DNA from: Octopus vulgaris
Lineage: Eukaryota
DNA length: 64,000 nt
Assembly (NCBI GenBank): GCA_951406725.2
Contig: OX597830.1
Span: 34,906,001 to 34,970,000, forward strand
Direction: 5' to 3'
The position numbers and the translations under genes were made by a program. Shown here piece after piece: positions 1-12,175 of this stretch. The notes under the pieces were generated by a model. That model was given only the letters and a program-made list of their open reading frames with translations, was not told the DNA's origin and made no database searches. Every line of letters starts with the position of its first letter. Within the stretch, counting starts at the first letter, position 1.

Positions 1-164
1 TTCTCTCTCTCTCTTTCTCTCTCTCTCCTTCTCTCTCTCCTTCTCTCTCTCTCCTTCTCTCTCTCCTTCTCTCTCTCTCTCCTGCCTTTGTTTAAGCACA
101 CCATCAGAACATAACCCCTCTGCTAAAATTATACTTTTAATTCTACTCCTCAACTTTCAATTAA

Positions 165-605
165 CTTTTCAAATCACGTAATAAATATTACATTCCCCTT
201 ACCTCACATCATAGACGCTTCTCTCACCCTCTTTTTCTTTCTCCCTCTTTCTATCTCATTCTTCACTTTATCCCCTTTCTCTCTCCTCTGATTCCTTTCA
301 ACTAATCACGTGAAAGCGTTAAAATGGCATTCCCACTACCTCACCTCATGGACGCTTCTCTCTTCTTCTTTTCCTTTCTCCCCTCTTTTTCTCTTTCCTT
401 CTTTTCTTACTCCCTCTTTTTCTCTAATCACGTGAAAGCGTTACCGACGAGCTAAGTAACGCAATGACAAGACAGTTTGATACGGTTCGATGTGACTTGA
501 AGTTTTACAAGCCCCTAACAGAAGCCCGTCTTCTATGCTTTAGAAAGCCGTATGGAGTGATACAGGAAGTTCAAGATGGCTACCGGATGGCAGGCTGCTA
601 TTAGT
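165..605. repeat. Unclassified interspersed repeat with internal diverged tandem subunits
   Basis: The motif 'aatcacgt(gaaagcgtt)' recurs at about 172, 305 and 426. The block 'cattccc..acctcac.tcat.gacgcttctctc' occurs twice, separated by CT-rich tracts. Confidence 0.4.
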
Positions 606-1049
606 CATGAGGTGCACATGGTGTTGTGGAAAATATCAATAGTGCAGCGACAACAGTTCTTTTGAAAGGGGAATCTCTTTGACCCCGTAGTGACCAGGTG
701 TCTGGATATGGCAAAAGTAAAGCCGGAGTGTGTGTGAGTGCGTGCATGTATGAGTGTTTATGTGTGTGTATGCATATACAAGATGTATGAATGCGTGGAG
801 ATGGTATTGGTTCTATATGTGTGAGTGCGTGTGTTAGTTCCTACGGGTGCATTGTGGGCGCTAGTATGGGTGCATATACACACGCGCACATATTCACTCA
901 CACGTATTCACACACACTGTCTCTCTCTCACACACATACAAGCATACAGTTTCACGTGCATACGTACACCCAACAACACTAGCACACACAATGCCCACGC
1001 ACATAAATACTACATGTATTGTAGTAGCGTAACCGCAAATGTAAGTAAC

Positions 1050-1425
1050 AGAAGTGCTGTGTGGTAAGTAGCTTGCTTCTCAACCATATGGTTCCAAGTT
1101 CAGTCTCATTGCGTGGCTCCTTGGGCAAGTGTCTTCTTTGGTATACATATATTGAAAAGAGCTTGTCGAATATGTGTGTATGTGTATATTTTTTGTATGT
1201 GTGTATTTGTGTATGTGTCTGTGTTTGTTCCCCCCACCATCGCTTGACAACCACTTGTTGGTGTGCTTACATTCCCGTAACAGAACGGTTCGGCTAAAGA
1301 GACCGATAGAATACGTACTGGGCTTGCAAAGAATAAATCCTGAGGTCGATTTGTTCGACAAAAGTCGGTGCTCCGATATGGCCGTAGTCAAATGACTGAA
1401 ACAAGTGAAAGAGTGAAAGAATAAA
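1050..1425 (+). mobile_element. tRNA-derived SINE, family A
   Basis: A-box/B-box-like head (gctgtgtggtaag...ggttccaagttcagtc), internal (TG)n and 3' end 'gcagtcaaatgactgaaacaagt.aaagag'. Homologous copies at 18003, 21776, 38332 and 40460. Confidence 0.85.
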
Positions 1426-1681
1426 TATATACGTACGCACACACATACACACAAACAAAGATATGCCATACTGAATATGAATTAGCAGGAAATTACTGGT
1501 TTTGGCATTGTTAATTTTTTCCCTCTTAATTTATGGAATAACGTTTCTTAACATAAACAGTTAAATAAATGAAGAAGATTAACTTAAGGAATAATAATTT
1601 TTTTTATGACTCTTCTCTCGGATTATTCAATAATATGTCTAGAAAATTTGTTACAATATCCATACATTTACATATATATTT

Positions 1682-1815
1682 TCTTTTACTTGTTTTAGTC
1701 ATTTGACTGCGGCCATGCTGTAGCACAGCCTTTTTAGTCGAGCAAATCGACCCCGGGACTTATTCTTTGTAAGCCCAGTACTTATTCTATCGGTCTCTTT
1801 TGCCGAACCGCTAAG
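1682..1815 (-). mobile_element. SINE family A, 3' fragment
   Basis: Reverse complement of the 3' half of the 1050-1425 element (ccgatagaataagtactgggcttacaaagaataagtc). Confidence 0.85.
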
Positions 1816-1859
1816 TGATGTATAAAACAGAAATATATAGTTTGTAAAATAGTATAATG

Positions 1860-2124
1860 GTGGAGATGCGTGGCTGAGTGGTTAGGGTGTTGAAGTCATG
1901 ATCGTAAGGTTGTGGTTTCGATTACTGGACCAGGCGATGCGTTGTGTTCTTGAGCAAAACTCTTCATTTCACGTTGCTCCAGTCCACTCAGCTTGCAAAA
2001 ATGAGTAATGCTACGATGCGCTGGCACCCATTCAACTGGGGAACACATACGCCATTGAAACCGGGAAACCGGCCCCATGAGCCTGGCTAGGCTTTAAAAG
2101 GGTGCATTTATATTATTTTTTAAT
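1860..2124 (+). mobile_element. tRNA-derived SINE (V/Meta-like core) with 11-bp TSD
   Basis: Head 'tggctgagtggttagggtg...ggtttcgatt', core 'tgctccagtccactcagc' and 'gaaaccgggaaaccggccc'. TSD atagtataatg at 1849-1859 and 2125-2135. Confidence 0.85.
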
Positions 2125-4032
2125 ATAGTATAATGAAGCTGTTGTGTGAGCGTTCAGTTTTTGCTGAACGATCTGCACAAATAATTTGTTTCAATGGTCA
2201 AATGTATATGCTCACTCCCTCGATCAACTCCACGTTGCTACACAACGTCGTTTCAGGTAATTTGAAAAGTAGTGACAGATATAGCTTGTTTCATATATCA
2301 GCGTACAGTTATAACTTCACATGCCAATTGAACTAGTTTCTGATCTTCTTGGTATGTTGCTCTGTGATGGAATACACATCTATCAAAAGGGAGTTGTGTA
2401 GCTTAGTTCTTATTCATTAAAAACTACCAAAGCAGTAAAATGTATTAATGAAAGCATTTATCAAGTATGGTAGCACCCACTTAATCAAGTTATTGTTGTC
2501 AGCCTCGTAGAGTACGCTCGATAGTTGATCTCTATGTGATTGAAATATTATAACATCTTCTAAAGTCTTTAAAGAAAATATAGAATGGATTGTACAATGT
2601 AAACCAAAACGTAATGCTTGACTATAATACCCGAAAAAGAAAAAAAGTAAAACGTCTTTGCGCATGAATCTGCTAAATCTGTACTGAACAGAGCTTCAAT
2701 AACAAAACTTGTATTGTTGAAATTACCATAACATATTCATTCGCATTTATCAAAATCAATTTAGTTACATATGTAAACCGCTGTAGCCAGCCCAACAGAT
2801 AGATTCATTATTTTTTCCTATTTACAAATAAATGTATTAACAGTCTTAATCTGTTGAAGTCATCCTTACTGGTAACTCCATTTGTGTAACGCTTAATCAA
2901 TTTATTTACAACCATTAGCTACAGTACACGCGGCGTAGAAGATAAATTCAATCAAATACACTAGAGAAATTTGCTTCAACAGATATGCAAATAAACTGTA
3001 CAATTTTATACATTTAAATTGTATTTCATTTCAGCTTTCTTGTTTAATCTCACTTTTCATGTTATGCACATTTCATGATTTTATTTTTATTGGGATAGGT
3101 CAAAGGCAAGTGAAGGACTGGAAGCTCTTTACCATTTCTTCTGGTTGTAATAATACAATATAGTAAATTTCATCACTTTAGCAAATGTATGTTTTAATTT
3201 AAATTTTGAGATACAACTATGGCAAGACTTGTTCTCGTAAAGATGTAGCGTTAACTATTTACAGCCGATACATCAATATGATCTCACTTAAAGCCGTAGC
3301 AGAGATAACAATATTTTCAAACAGCTTTCGCATTCTAACATTTTATTAAGAAGTGCTAATTTGAATTTATTTGTTGAGCTGTCGTTTTTGCATATACAAA
3401 GAATCTCATTGCCACAGGGGATCCGAGATTGGAAGACAAGCAAAGTGAATATATTTCTCAGAGTAATAAATGGCAAAAGAACTTCGACGCCCAGAAGATA
3501 ATTCTACACAACAATTATCACACCACAAAAACTACTACTAAGACTATTTTCATTGCAAGGAAGCAAGGCGTGTGTCACCTTTGTCTTTATCACATCAAGA
3601 TATCTTCAGATAACATAAACGTTGTGTAGTGTTTAATTTCCATATGTAAAAACATAAATACGACACTAAAGAAATATATATTAATACAAAGCTGCAGGAC
3701 TAGTAGAATGCTATTTAGTCACATTGGCCATTAATTCGGTTAGAAATACTCAAGTAGTAGAAGAGTTCAGCATGGTGACAGCTTTAAGCATGATGCATTA
3801 TCTCAAAGGGAGGTTTTACTTATCTCGATAGCTTCAGACAACGTAGCTTTTCAATCAGTTGATTTAGGTTACTGTAGTGTTTAAGCCGCGTATGGTGTAT
3901 ATATAATTATATATATATATATAAAGAGAGAGAGAGAGAGAGAAGGATGGCAGTATGAATTATGAGTATATGTATTTGCGTACGTAAGAAAGAATGCATC
4001 AAGTGTAAAGTATATATATATATATATATATC

Positions 4033-4110
<78 letters not shown>

Positions 4111-4142
4111 TATATGATATGATATGATATATTATATTACAT

Positions 4143-4590
4143 TAGAGGAAAACCAAAACAAAGGCAGAATAATTTAATTTAGAGTCTTACTGCCGTTTCG
4201 GGGATAATCCAGGTGGTAGGTTAGCATGTCCATACACTGTGTATTCCGTCATCAGAGACAAAGTATGAATATTTTAGACAAGGCAGACTTACAGTTTACA
4301 AGGAATAAAATTCACAGTTTATAAAAAAAATATTATAGAAGAATAAAGAGTAAAAGTAGTTAGAAAAATGCAGGCAGGAGAATAATGTTCACAGCTCATC
4401 TTTTTCCAGAGGATGTGGATGCTGGTTCGTACTTCAATGGAATAAATACTTACTATAACGGAACCCTAAAACGGATCCCTAGATCCAGCCTTAGCTGTGA
4501 TCTTGGAATCTAACGGTCGACCAACCATTGCACTTACCCAGTATACCTATTCGTTTAGGTCACATGTGAACTAAACTCCTCATATTCCAT
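4143..4590 (-). mobile_element. Non-autonomous Penelope-like element embedded in (TA)n
   Basis: Unique segment bounded by (TA)n on both sides, containing a minus-strand hammerhead motif near its 3' end. Confidence 0.55.
4184..4259 (-). ncRNA. Minimal type I hammerhead ribozyme motif
   Basis: Minus strand reads gtct-CTGATGA-...-GAAAC-ggca-GTA-agac. Stem I is gtct/agac, the core boxes are canonical, stem III is minimal and stem II is imperfect. Confidence 0.6.
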
Positions 4591-4630
4591 ATATATATAT
4601 ATATATATATTAGTAATGCAATACTAGAGT

Positions 4631-4684
<54 letters not shown>

Positions 4685-4850
4685 ACTGGTGTGTTTACGT
4701 CCCCGTAACCAAGCAGTTCGATAACAGAGAATGAGGAAATAAGTGCCTGGCTTTAAGAAAATAGGTACTAGGATCGATTCGTTCAAGTATTATTTTTCAA
4801 TGCCGTGCTCCAGCATGGTCGCTGTCTAATGACTGAAACAAGTAAAAAGA
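4685..4850 (+). mobile_element. SINE family A, 3' fragment
   Basis: ggtgtgtttacgtccccgtaac...gctccagcatgg...aatgactgaaacaagtaaaa. Confidence 0.8.
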
Positions 4851-5209
4851 TTTAGAAAGATACATACATCTATATTTTATAACGTATTTCTGAATGAAAT
4901 TTTTATTCAATTAAAAACATCTGAAATTTGCGATACGTCGAATTTGAGGGAGAAAAAAAATCCATGCAATAATATTTACCTCGGAAATGATTCAAAATAA
5001 TCGCACAAATTCATAACTAAAATGTGCTCATTATTCAGAAGAAAACGCAATAGGACATCGTACATACATTGTAGCAGATTCTTTTCGGTTCAGAAGAACA
5101 ACGAAAGAAAAAGAATATAGAAAATACTATGTGATTTACACAAGGCACTTAGAGTACCCTGTAATGATGAATGAGAAGAATTGAATAAAATTAAAGCCAC
5201 AGAATAATT

Positions 5210-5790
5210 ATGGTTTCAAATTTTGGCATAATGCCAGCAATTTCGGGGAGCGGGTTAAGAAGATGACATTGACCCAAGAATTCATCTGGTAATTATTTAA
5301 TCGACCCAGGCGGCATTTAAACGCAGAATGTAAAGTCGGAAGAAATGACGCTAAGTTTTTTCTGGCATGGCAAAGATTCTGCTAGCTCGTCGCTTTCAAC
5401 TACGGAATAATAATAATCGTTTCTACTGTAAGCACAAGGCCCGAAATTTTTGGGGAGGGGGTCAGTCGATTAAATTGACCCCACTACGCAACTGGTACTT
5501 AATTTATGAACTCTGAAAGGACGAAAGGTAAAGTCGACGAAGAAATGTCACTAAGTTTTTTTTTTCCGGCATGGTAATGATTCTGCCCGCTCGCCGCCTT
5601 CATCTACGGAATAAAAATAATAATAACAACACCTATACATTCTGATTTAGGATTTTGGTCAGTAATAATCCTGCTCACTGCAAGCACAAGGACTGAAATT
5701 AGTACGAGTGCCATATTTTATCGACCCCAGAAACTTGGAAGACAAACTTGGCGTGAGTGAAATCTGAACTGAGAACGTTTTCGTTCGAAC
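5210..5790 (-). mobile_element. Cluster of about 3 degenerate SINE family B copies
   Basis: Repeated reverse-complement motifs 'gcacaaggcc.gaaattt', 'aaggtaaagtcgac' and 'ctcgccgcctt'. Confidence 0.7.
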
Positions 5791-5877
5791 CTGAAAAAGT
5801 TAAAAAATTGAAATATAGTAGAGCATGTTCTTCGACGCTCTAATGGCTTTGTCCAATAATATAAGTAAATGATAAGA

Positions 5878-6240
5878 CGATGAGCTTAGTAGAATCGTTA
5901 GCACGCCGTTACGTTCTGAGTTCAAATTCCGCCGTGGTCGACTTTGCCTTTCATCCTTTCGGGCTCGATAAATTAAGTACCAGTTACCCACTGGGGTCGA
6001 GCTAATCGACTTAATCCGCGTGTATGTCCTTGTTTGTCCTCCCCGTCTTTATCCCCCTTGTGGGTAGTAAAGAAATAGGTATTTCGTCTACCGTTACGTT
6101 CTGAGTTCAAATTCCGCCGAAGATGACTGCCTTTCATTCTTTCGGAGCCGATAAATTTAGTAGCAGTTGCATACTAGGTTCGATCTAATCGACTGAACCC
6201 CTTCCCAAAAACGTCGGGCCTTGTGCCTAGAGCAGAAAAG
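5878..6240 (+). mobile_element. SINE family B, internally dimeric copy
   Basis: 'gttacgttctgagttcaaattccgccg...ttgcctttcat.ctttcgg..cgataaatt' occurs twice; 3' end 'gggccttgtgcctagagcagaaaag'. Confidence 0.85.
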
Positions 6241-6456
6241 GAAGGCATATCAGTAAATTATGTTTTAATCCACTTCCTCGAAGTATTTCAATCTTTCCTT
6301 TGCATTTACCTCTTTAGTTCCATTGCTGATTTCCAGTTTATTATTGCTCTGCCACGTCTTACTTTATATTTCATATTCAAATTAGTTCATGTGTCTGTAT
6401 GTGTATATATGTATCCATATCTGTAAGTGTGTGTGTGCGTGTGTGTGTGTGTGTGT

Positions 6457-6496
<40 letters not shown>

Positions 6497-7239
6497 TGTG
6501 ACGCATGGATACAGGCATTCATACAAACAGATATGCAGTCAAACCCATGCAAAAGCATAAACGCATTTATATGTATATGCATATGTATATGCATATGCAT
6601 TTATGCATGCATGTGTGTGTGTGTATGTGTGTGTGTGTGTGTATGTTTGTATTGGCTGTTCTGTCTTCAAATATTAAAATATATATTAATTCTTATTATT
6701 GCAACAAAGTGACACACATTTTGGTCGATGGTAAATATTTTATCAGCACCTCAATTATGATACTGGAAATTCGACCTTTACAAAATTTGAACTTACCACC
6801 ACGTATAAGAACACAGCCTCATACTGTAAGGCATTTTACTGGCGACTCATCCACCACCACCTCTTTAATATATCGTACAACACAATAATATATACTCAAA
6901 TATAATATCCTAGCACGGCTTCTGTGAATTATCTCAAGTGAACAATTTTCAATGTTAAAAGTTCAAGATTTCGGCATGGGTAATATTCTTTATGCTTTAC
7001 TACTCTCCTTCACTCTCCTTTGGCTTTGTAATTTGAATACTAGTAATACACTAGGCCACAATTACTCATGTAGTTGTCAACCAATAGGAAAAAGGAAAAA
7101 AGAAACAAAAAAAAAAACGCCTTGCGGTAATACGAAACACAATCAATTAGTCATGTGGTAATTATATGCGTCTCTAAAAATGGTTTCTGTCCGACTACAT
7201 CCGTCCTTCCTTCATTGCCTGGTTTATTTATCCATTTAC

Positions 7240-7353
7240 TGTTGTTGCTGTTGTTGTTGCTCTTCTTCTTCTTCTTCTTCTTCTTCTTCTTCTTCTTCTT
7301 CTTCTTCTTCTTCTTCTTCTTCTTCTTCTTCTTCTTCTTCTGCTTCTTATCAT

Positions 7354-7399
<46 letters not shown>

Positions 7400-7430
7400 G
7401 CTACTGTTGTTGTTGTTGTTATTATTATTA
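7240..7430. repeat. Compound trinucleotide microsatellite (TTG/TTC/CTA/TTA)
   Basis: Direct reading; explains the poly-F, poly-L, poly-S and poly-Y ORFs. Confidence 0.95.
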
Positions 7431-8206
7431 GTTATATATTTAATTATTTTTGTTTCTTTCTTTTACTCTCTTTCTGCGTCTTCATTACCCATGCTTCTGA
7501 TAAATCTACAACGTCATTTCCACCAAAGAAAGCCAACGCCAGTTAATAGCCTTCAGCTAAAGTGAATGTGTACAAACAGTTTCTAGAGTTAAGCTAGTGT
7601 TTACATAATCACTCATCAGTGATCCACTAGCCAAAGTACACACATGAAACAACACAATCAAATCAATACATACTAAGAAATACTAATACAAGTGTATCAA
7701 TCTCTTGGTGTTAACTATCCTTTACTATTATTATGCTGCCGGTTTAGTTCCGCCAATTTCCCAAGTTTTGCATCGCAAGATGTTTGATCAGCGATATTAC
7801 GTAGTCTTGGCATGAAACTTCGAGCTTTGCAATATTTCTTCCTTTTCAAATTGATTAATACATTGCTTCCTGCACACTAATCAAGGACGAACAGCAGGAA
7901 TGTCTGTGTCTATTCGGCTTTAGATTTCTGCGGCCTCTTAATCTGTCTCTGACAAACTTAAATAGTCCTTAAGTAATAGAGAAATAAATATAATATTATG
8001 TAGTTTGCAGATACACTCACTGAACAACATGCTCACGTACGCACGAACTTACTCATCACTTTCTCTCTTTCTTAATCTCTCTCTTTCTCTCTTTCTTTTT
8101 CTTCTCTCTTTCTCTCTCCTTCTCTTTACTCACATATAGGCACACACACACACACACGTACACACAGAAAGATACACAATCATACATACACACACATACA
8201 TACATA

Positions 8207-9650
8207 CGAGGTGATTTCAAAAAGTTCCCGGACTAGTTCTGTGGCGCGCCAACAGATGGCAGCACATGGGCGCGTGCAACTTGAGAGAACGCATTAGCAT
8301 TAATGAGGCAGTGTGCTGAGTGTCATCACTGTTTTTACTTTGCAAGTTGTGATATTTGCATTTTTGTGATCACGTGGATGCTGTAGTCTACGATTTTTGT
8401 CCTGGACAGGAAGTTGGAACAAAGAGCCAACGTGAAATTTTATGTTAATCTTGGAAAGTCTGCTACAGAGATATCGAGCATGCTTCGGCAGTTTACAACG
8501 ATAAGGCATTGGGTCGTACGCAATGTTTTGAGAGACACGGGTGCACGTCAGAACCGCAGCTCAGTCAAGAGAATGCTCATTGCTTTTTTCCGACATCCGT
8601 AGTATTGTGTGTAGTTTGTCCGTCGATGCGACGAAGACCATCTAGTCATCCCGGAGTGGAGGTGGGCTTGTTTTTTGAGTCCGCAGATGGTTAGTGAGGC
8701 CAATCTGCGCCCGAAAGAGTCTTTGACAGTATGGACAGGGAATGGAAGCGCCTGCTACAGGGTTGTTAGCTCTGTTCTTGCTGGCTTGTCTGCGGTCTTC
8801 TGCAGCAGCAATATTATTGGTTTCCCACGTGTTGGCACCCTTGTGGACAGCTGATTGCTACCCTTCTGTGTCTAGAGCAGACTGCTCCCAAGTGTCATGG
8901 TCGATGTTGAAGGCCTTCAGGTGTCATTAAAGCGCTTCTTCTGGCCGTCTTGTGAGCGCTTTCCCTTTTGCACCTCACCAAAGAGCAATTTTTTTGGCTA
9001 TCGATTGTCTGACATGCGAGCTACGTGCCCTGTTCAGCGAAGTTGAGACTACATCAAGATGGTATAGATACTGGGCAGGTTAGCATGTATTAGTACCTCG
9101 GTGCCCGAGATCCTGTCCTGCCACTTTATGCCGAGAAGTTTTCTGAGGAGTATTGTATGAAACTTGTTCAGCTTCCTGGCATGACGCTGGTATTGTACAT
9201 CTAGAACTCGTCCCACAGGGCCAGACCGTCGATCGAGAGTTTTACTGCGGCATTTTGAAACGTTTGAGGGAAGACATTCGGCGATAGTGACCAGATCTGT
9301 GGAACGCGAAGAATAGGATTCTGCACGACGACAATATCACCAAGCTCGCCTCATTCGTGACTTTCTCGCCAAAATCAACATGGTATTCCTTCCGCACCTA
9401 CCCTATTCACCAGATCTAGCTCCTGCAGACATTCATCATTTCCCCTAGATGAAAATGCACTTCAAAGGTCTCAGTTTTAACACTGGCGAATCACAGAAGG
9501 TCCTCGACTCGCATACGGAAAACGATTTCAAGGCCTGAATCCCAAAGTACTGCGCAAGGTGACTATTTTGAAGATGATGTTAAAACTTAGGTTAATAAGT
9601 TATTTTTTTATTAATCATAACTAAGCCGCTGACTTTTTGATATCGCCTCG
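8207..9650 (+). mobile_element. Decayed mariner (DD34D-type) transposon with internal deletion
   Basis: TIRs cgaggtgatttcaaaaagttcccggactagtt (8207, after TA) and aactaagccgctgactttttgatatcgcctcg (ends 9650). Transposase remnants EQRANVKF..LGKSATE, MLIAFF, ILHDDN and PYSPDLAPAD. Confidence 0.9.
8609..9187 (-). mobile_element. RTE-BovB-like LINE 3' fragment nested in the mariner
   Basis: Minus translation LRKLLGIKWQDRI...GHVARMSDNR.PKKLLFGE..GKRSQDGQKKRF...CPYCQRLFRAQIGLTNHLRT. TSD t(a/g)gtattgt at 8600-8608 and 9188-9196. Confidence 0.9.
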
Positions 9651-9854
9651 TTTACATTGTCTCATTCGCTAACACACATAGCTATCTTCATAGCTATTGT
9701 CGTTCCACCCATCGAGCATCTTTTTAAAGGTATGGGTAGACACAATCATGAACACTACCTCCTATATTCTTATTTCGTGCTTTCTAGACTTTTTTAATTT
9801 AATAACACTCCGTTCCTCTCATACTATCTCTTTCTTTCTCTCTTTCTCTCTCTC

Positions 9855-9885
<31 letters not shown>

Positions 9886-10401
9886 ACCGATCTATTTTTC
9901 TGTCTCTCACACTGTTTCTTCTCTTTACACGCACGTTCTTAGCCACATCTATGTCTTTCTATAAAGAATTCGACGAGGCCCGTGTGAGTTATAGTTCCTG
10001 CAAAGCTGACCTAATATCACAAGAGCATCCAGCCATTCATCCACGCTCAATCTATGTACAGCTGAACGCAGGCCACTCGCAAAATATGGACAAATTGTAT
10101 ATTTCCACTTACTCTCGTTTTACGTAAATAATTAGCTTTAATTAATTTTATATTTATTGTGTTATTTACACTAAAATATATAAAATTTGAAATTAGACAT
10201 CTTGTACTTAATATAAGTGCTAGGAAAAGGTATATAACTGTATATTGCAATACATTTTGGCTACTGTTTTACCATGTCTTCCATAAAGTACAAACATTTT
10301 CTAATGATTATTTTGTGGTTCTTTCATAGTTTAAAAAAATCTGCCAATTGGGAGATAATTATGACTTCCAACAACATTAACCATAGGACTGATAGTTATA
10401 T

Positions 10402-12175
10402 ATTTAGTTAGTTAGTTAGTTAGTTAGTTTGTTAATTTGGCTCAAAAAGCAAATAGCAAGGCCATGGGGACATGGAGTTAAGTACAGGGTGGTGTTCATG
10501 TAAAGAGTTCAGGCCACTTGAGGTCCAGGGAGGCTTTGAACAAAGCGGTCGTCGGCATCTTCACCATCTCGTCTGGCAGCTTGTTCCACGGATCCGCAAC
10601 CCGGACGGAGAAAGCTCCTCTCCTTCGATTGAGATGAAATCGTCGCAGGTAGAGCTTTTCGGAATGACCCCGCAGCCGACGCTCTGGAGCAGGAGGGAAG
10701 AACAGCTCTTTCGAGAGGTTACACTTTCCGCTTATGATGTTGTGGGCGAGAATGAGATCACCACGGCGGCGGCGTTTTTCAAGAGAATAAAGGTCGAGCG
10801 TCCTCAGCCTTCCTTCGTAGGACAAATTTTTGAGACCATGAACCATGCGGGTAGCCAGCTTCTGGACTCTTTCGAGATGCTGTATGTCTTTGAGGAGATA
10901 AGGAGGAGAGGCTTGAATCCCATACTCCAATATGGGTCTCACCAGCGTTACATAGAGTGGTAGGAATATGGCTGCTGTGAGCATTCCGAATGACCGTCGA
11001 ATCAAGAACAGAATTCCGCGTGCTTTGTTGGTAGCATGGACGCACTGGGCCGAAGGCGAAAAGGAGGAATCCACCAAGATACCCAGGTCCTTTACCTGAT
11101 CGGTCCTCTCCAGCAGCAGACGACCCGGCTCGAAATCAAGTTGAGTTGCAGGAGTAGAGCCGACAGGCAGATGACAGCACTTTGACACGTTCAGACACAG
11201 GTCCCAATCGTTAGACCACTTCCAAATTTGGTGGAGGCATCGACGAAGATCCTCTATATTACCGCGAGGAGCGACCAGTTTCATATCGTCGGCAAATAGA
11301 AGGGTGTGTTGCGTGAGGTCGTCGGGCAAGTCATTTATGAAGACTAAGAACAACAAGGGCCCAAGCACTGAACCATGAGGCACGCCACTGCTCGCACTGG
11401 AGACGTCGGACCGCGAACCATTAACTTGGACTTGGAAGGAGCGATCTGAGAGGAAGGCACCAACCCATCGTACAATATCCGGATGGAAACTATATGCTTG
11501 AAGCTTGACAAGTAATAGGCGGTGGTTTACCGAGTCAAAAGCTTTGGCAAAGTCCAATTAAACGATGTCAACAGCATCACTATCATCGAGGATGCGCGTC
11601 ACCAATTCTTCCATTACTAGTAAGTTGGTCAAGCATGATCTCTTCGGCACGAAGCCGTGTTGGGAATCGGAGATAGAGGCTGTGTTTAGGAGGTGGAGCA
11701 TCATACTTTTCTTAAGGATGGTTTCGAACATCTTGCTGATTATTGATGTAAGGGAAACCGGTCGGTAGTTAAGCGGGTCTTCGCGGCTCCCTTTCTTGAA
11801 AATTGGGCAGATTATCGCTGTTCTCCAGTCTGCAGGTATAACACCCGTCGCCAATGACATATTGAATAGTCGTGTTAAGGGGTCGCAGATGACCGGAGCC
11901 AACGCTTTGATAACCCGTGGGTGTATGCCGTCAGGGCCGTGACCCTTGTTGACATCGAGGCCTTGAATAACACGTTTGACTTCGTCCCGCGTGATGACCA
12001 ATCGAAGCATTGGAGGTACCGATCTATCAAATGGAGGGGGTTCACGACCATCATCTTGTTTGAAAATAGTTGAAAAAGCCTCGGCAAATAATTGACTCTG
12101 TTGATAAGGGTCCTCAATCGATACGCCTGTTGAGTCTACCAACGTTGCAATCTGGTTGTTCAAGCGGGAATTCAC
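10402..12175 (-). mobile_element. 5'-truncated CR1-group non-LTR retrotransposon with (CTAA)n tail
   Basis: RT motifs GPDGIHPRV, NYRPVSLTS, QHGF, DFAKAFDSV, SGVPHGSVLGPLLF, LFADD and LERVQKLATR. Short 3' UTR, then a tetranucleotide tail at 10402-10432. Confidence 0.93.
10496..12175 (-). pseudogene. LINE ORF2 reverse transcriptase (partial), interrupted by one in-frame TAA at 11558-11560
   Basis: ORFs 11558-12202 and 10496-11557 are in the same frame: AVDIV*LDFAKAFD, with the stop at the usually aromatic position. Confidence 0.92.

Noticed and set aside
10472-10963. 163-aa + strand ORF
   Set aside because: Antisense shadow of the LINE reverse transcriptase.
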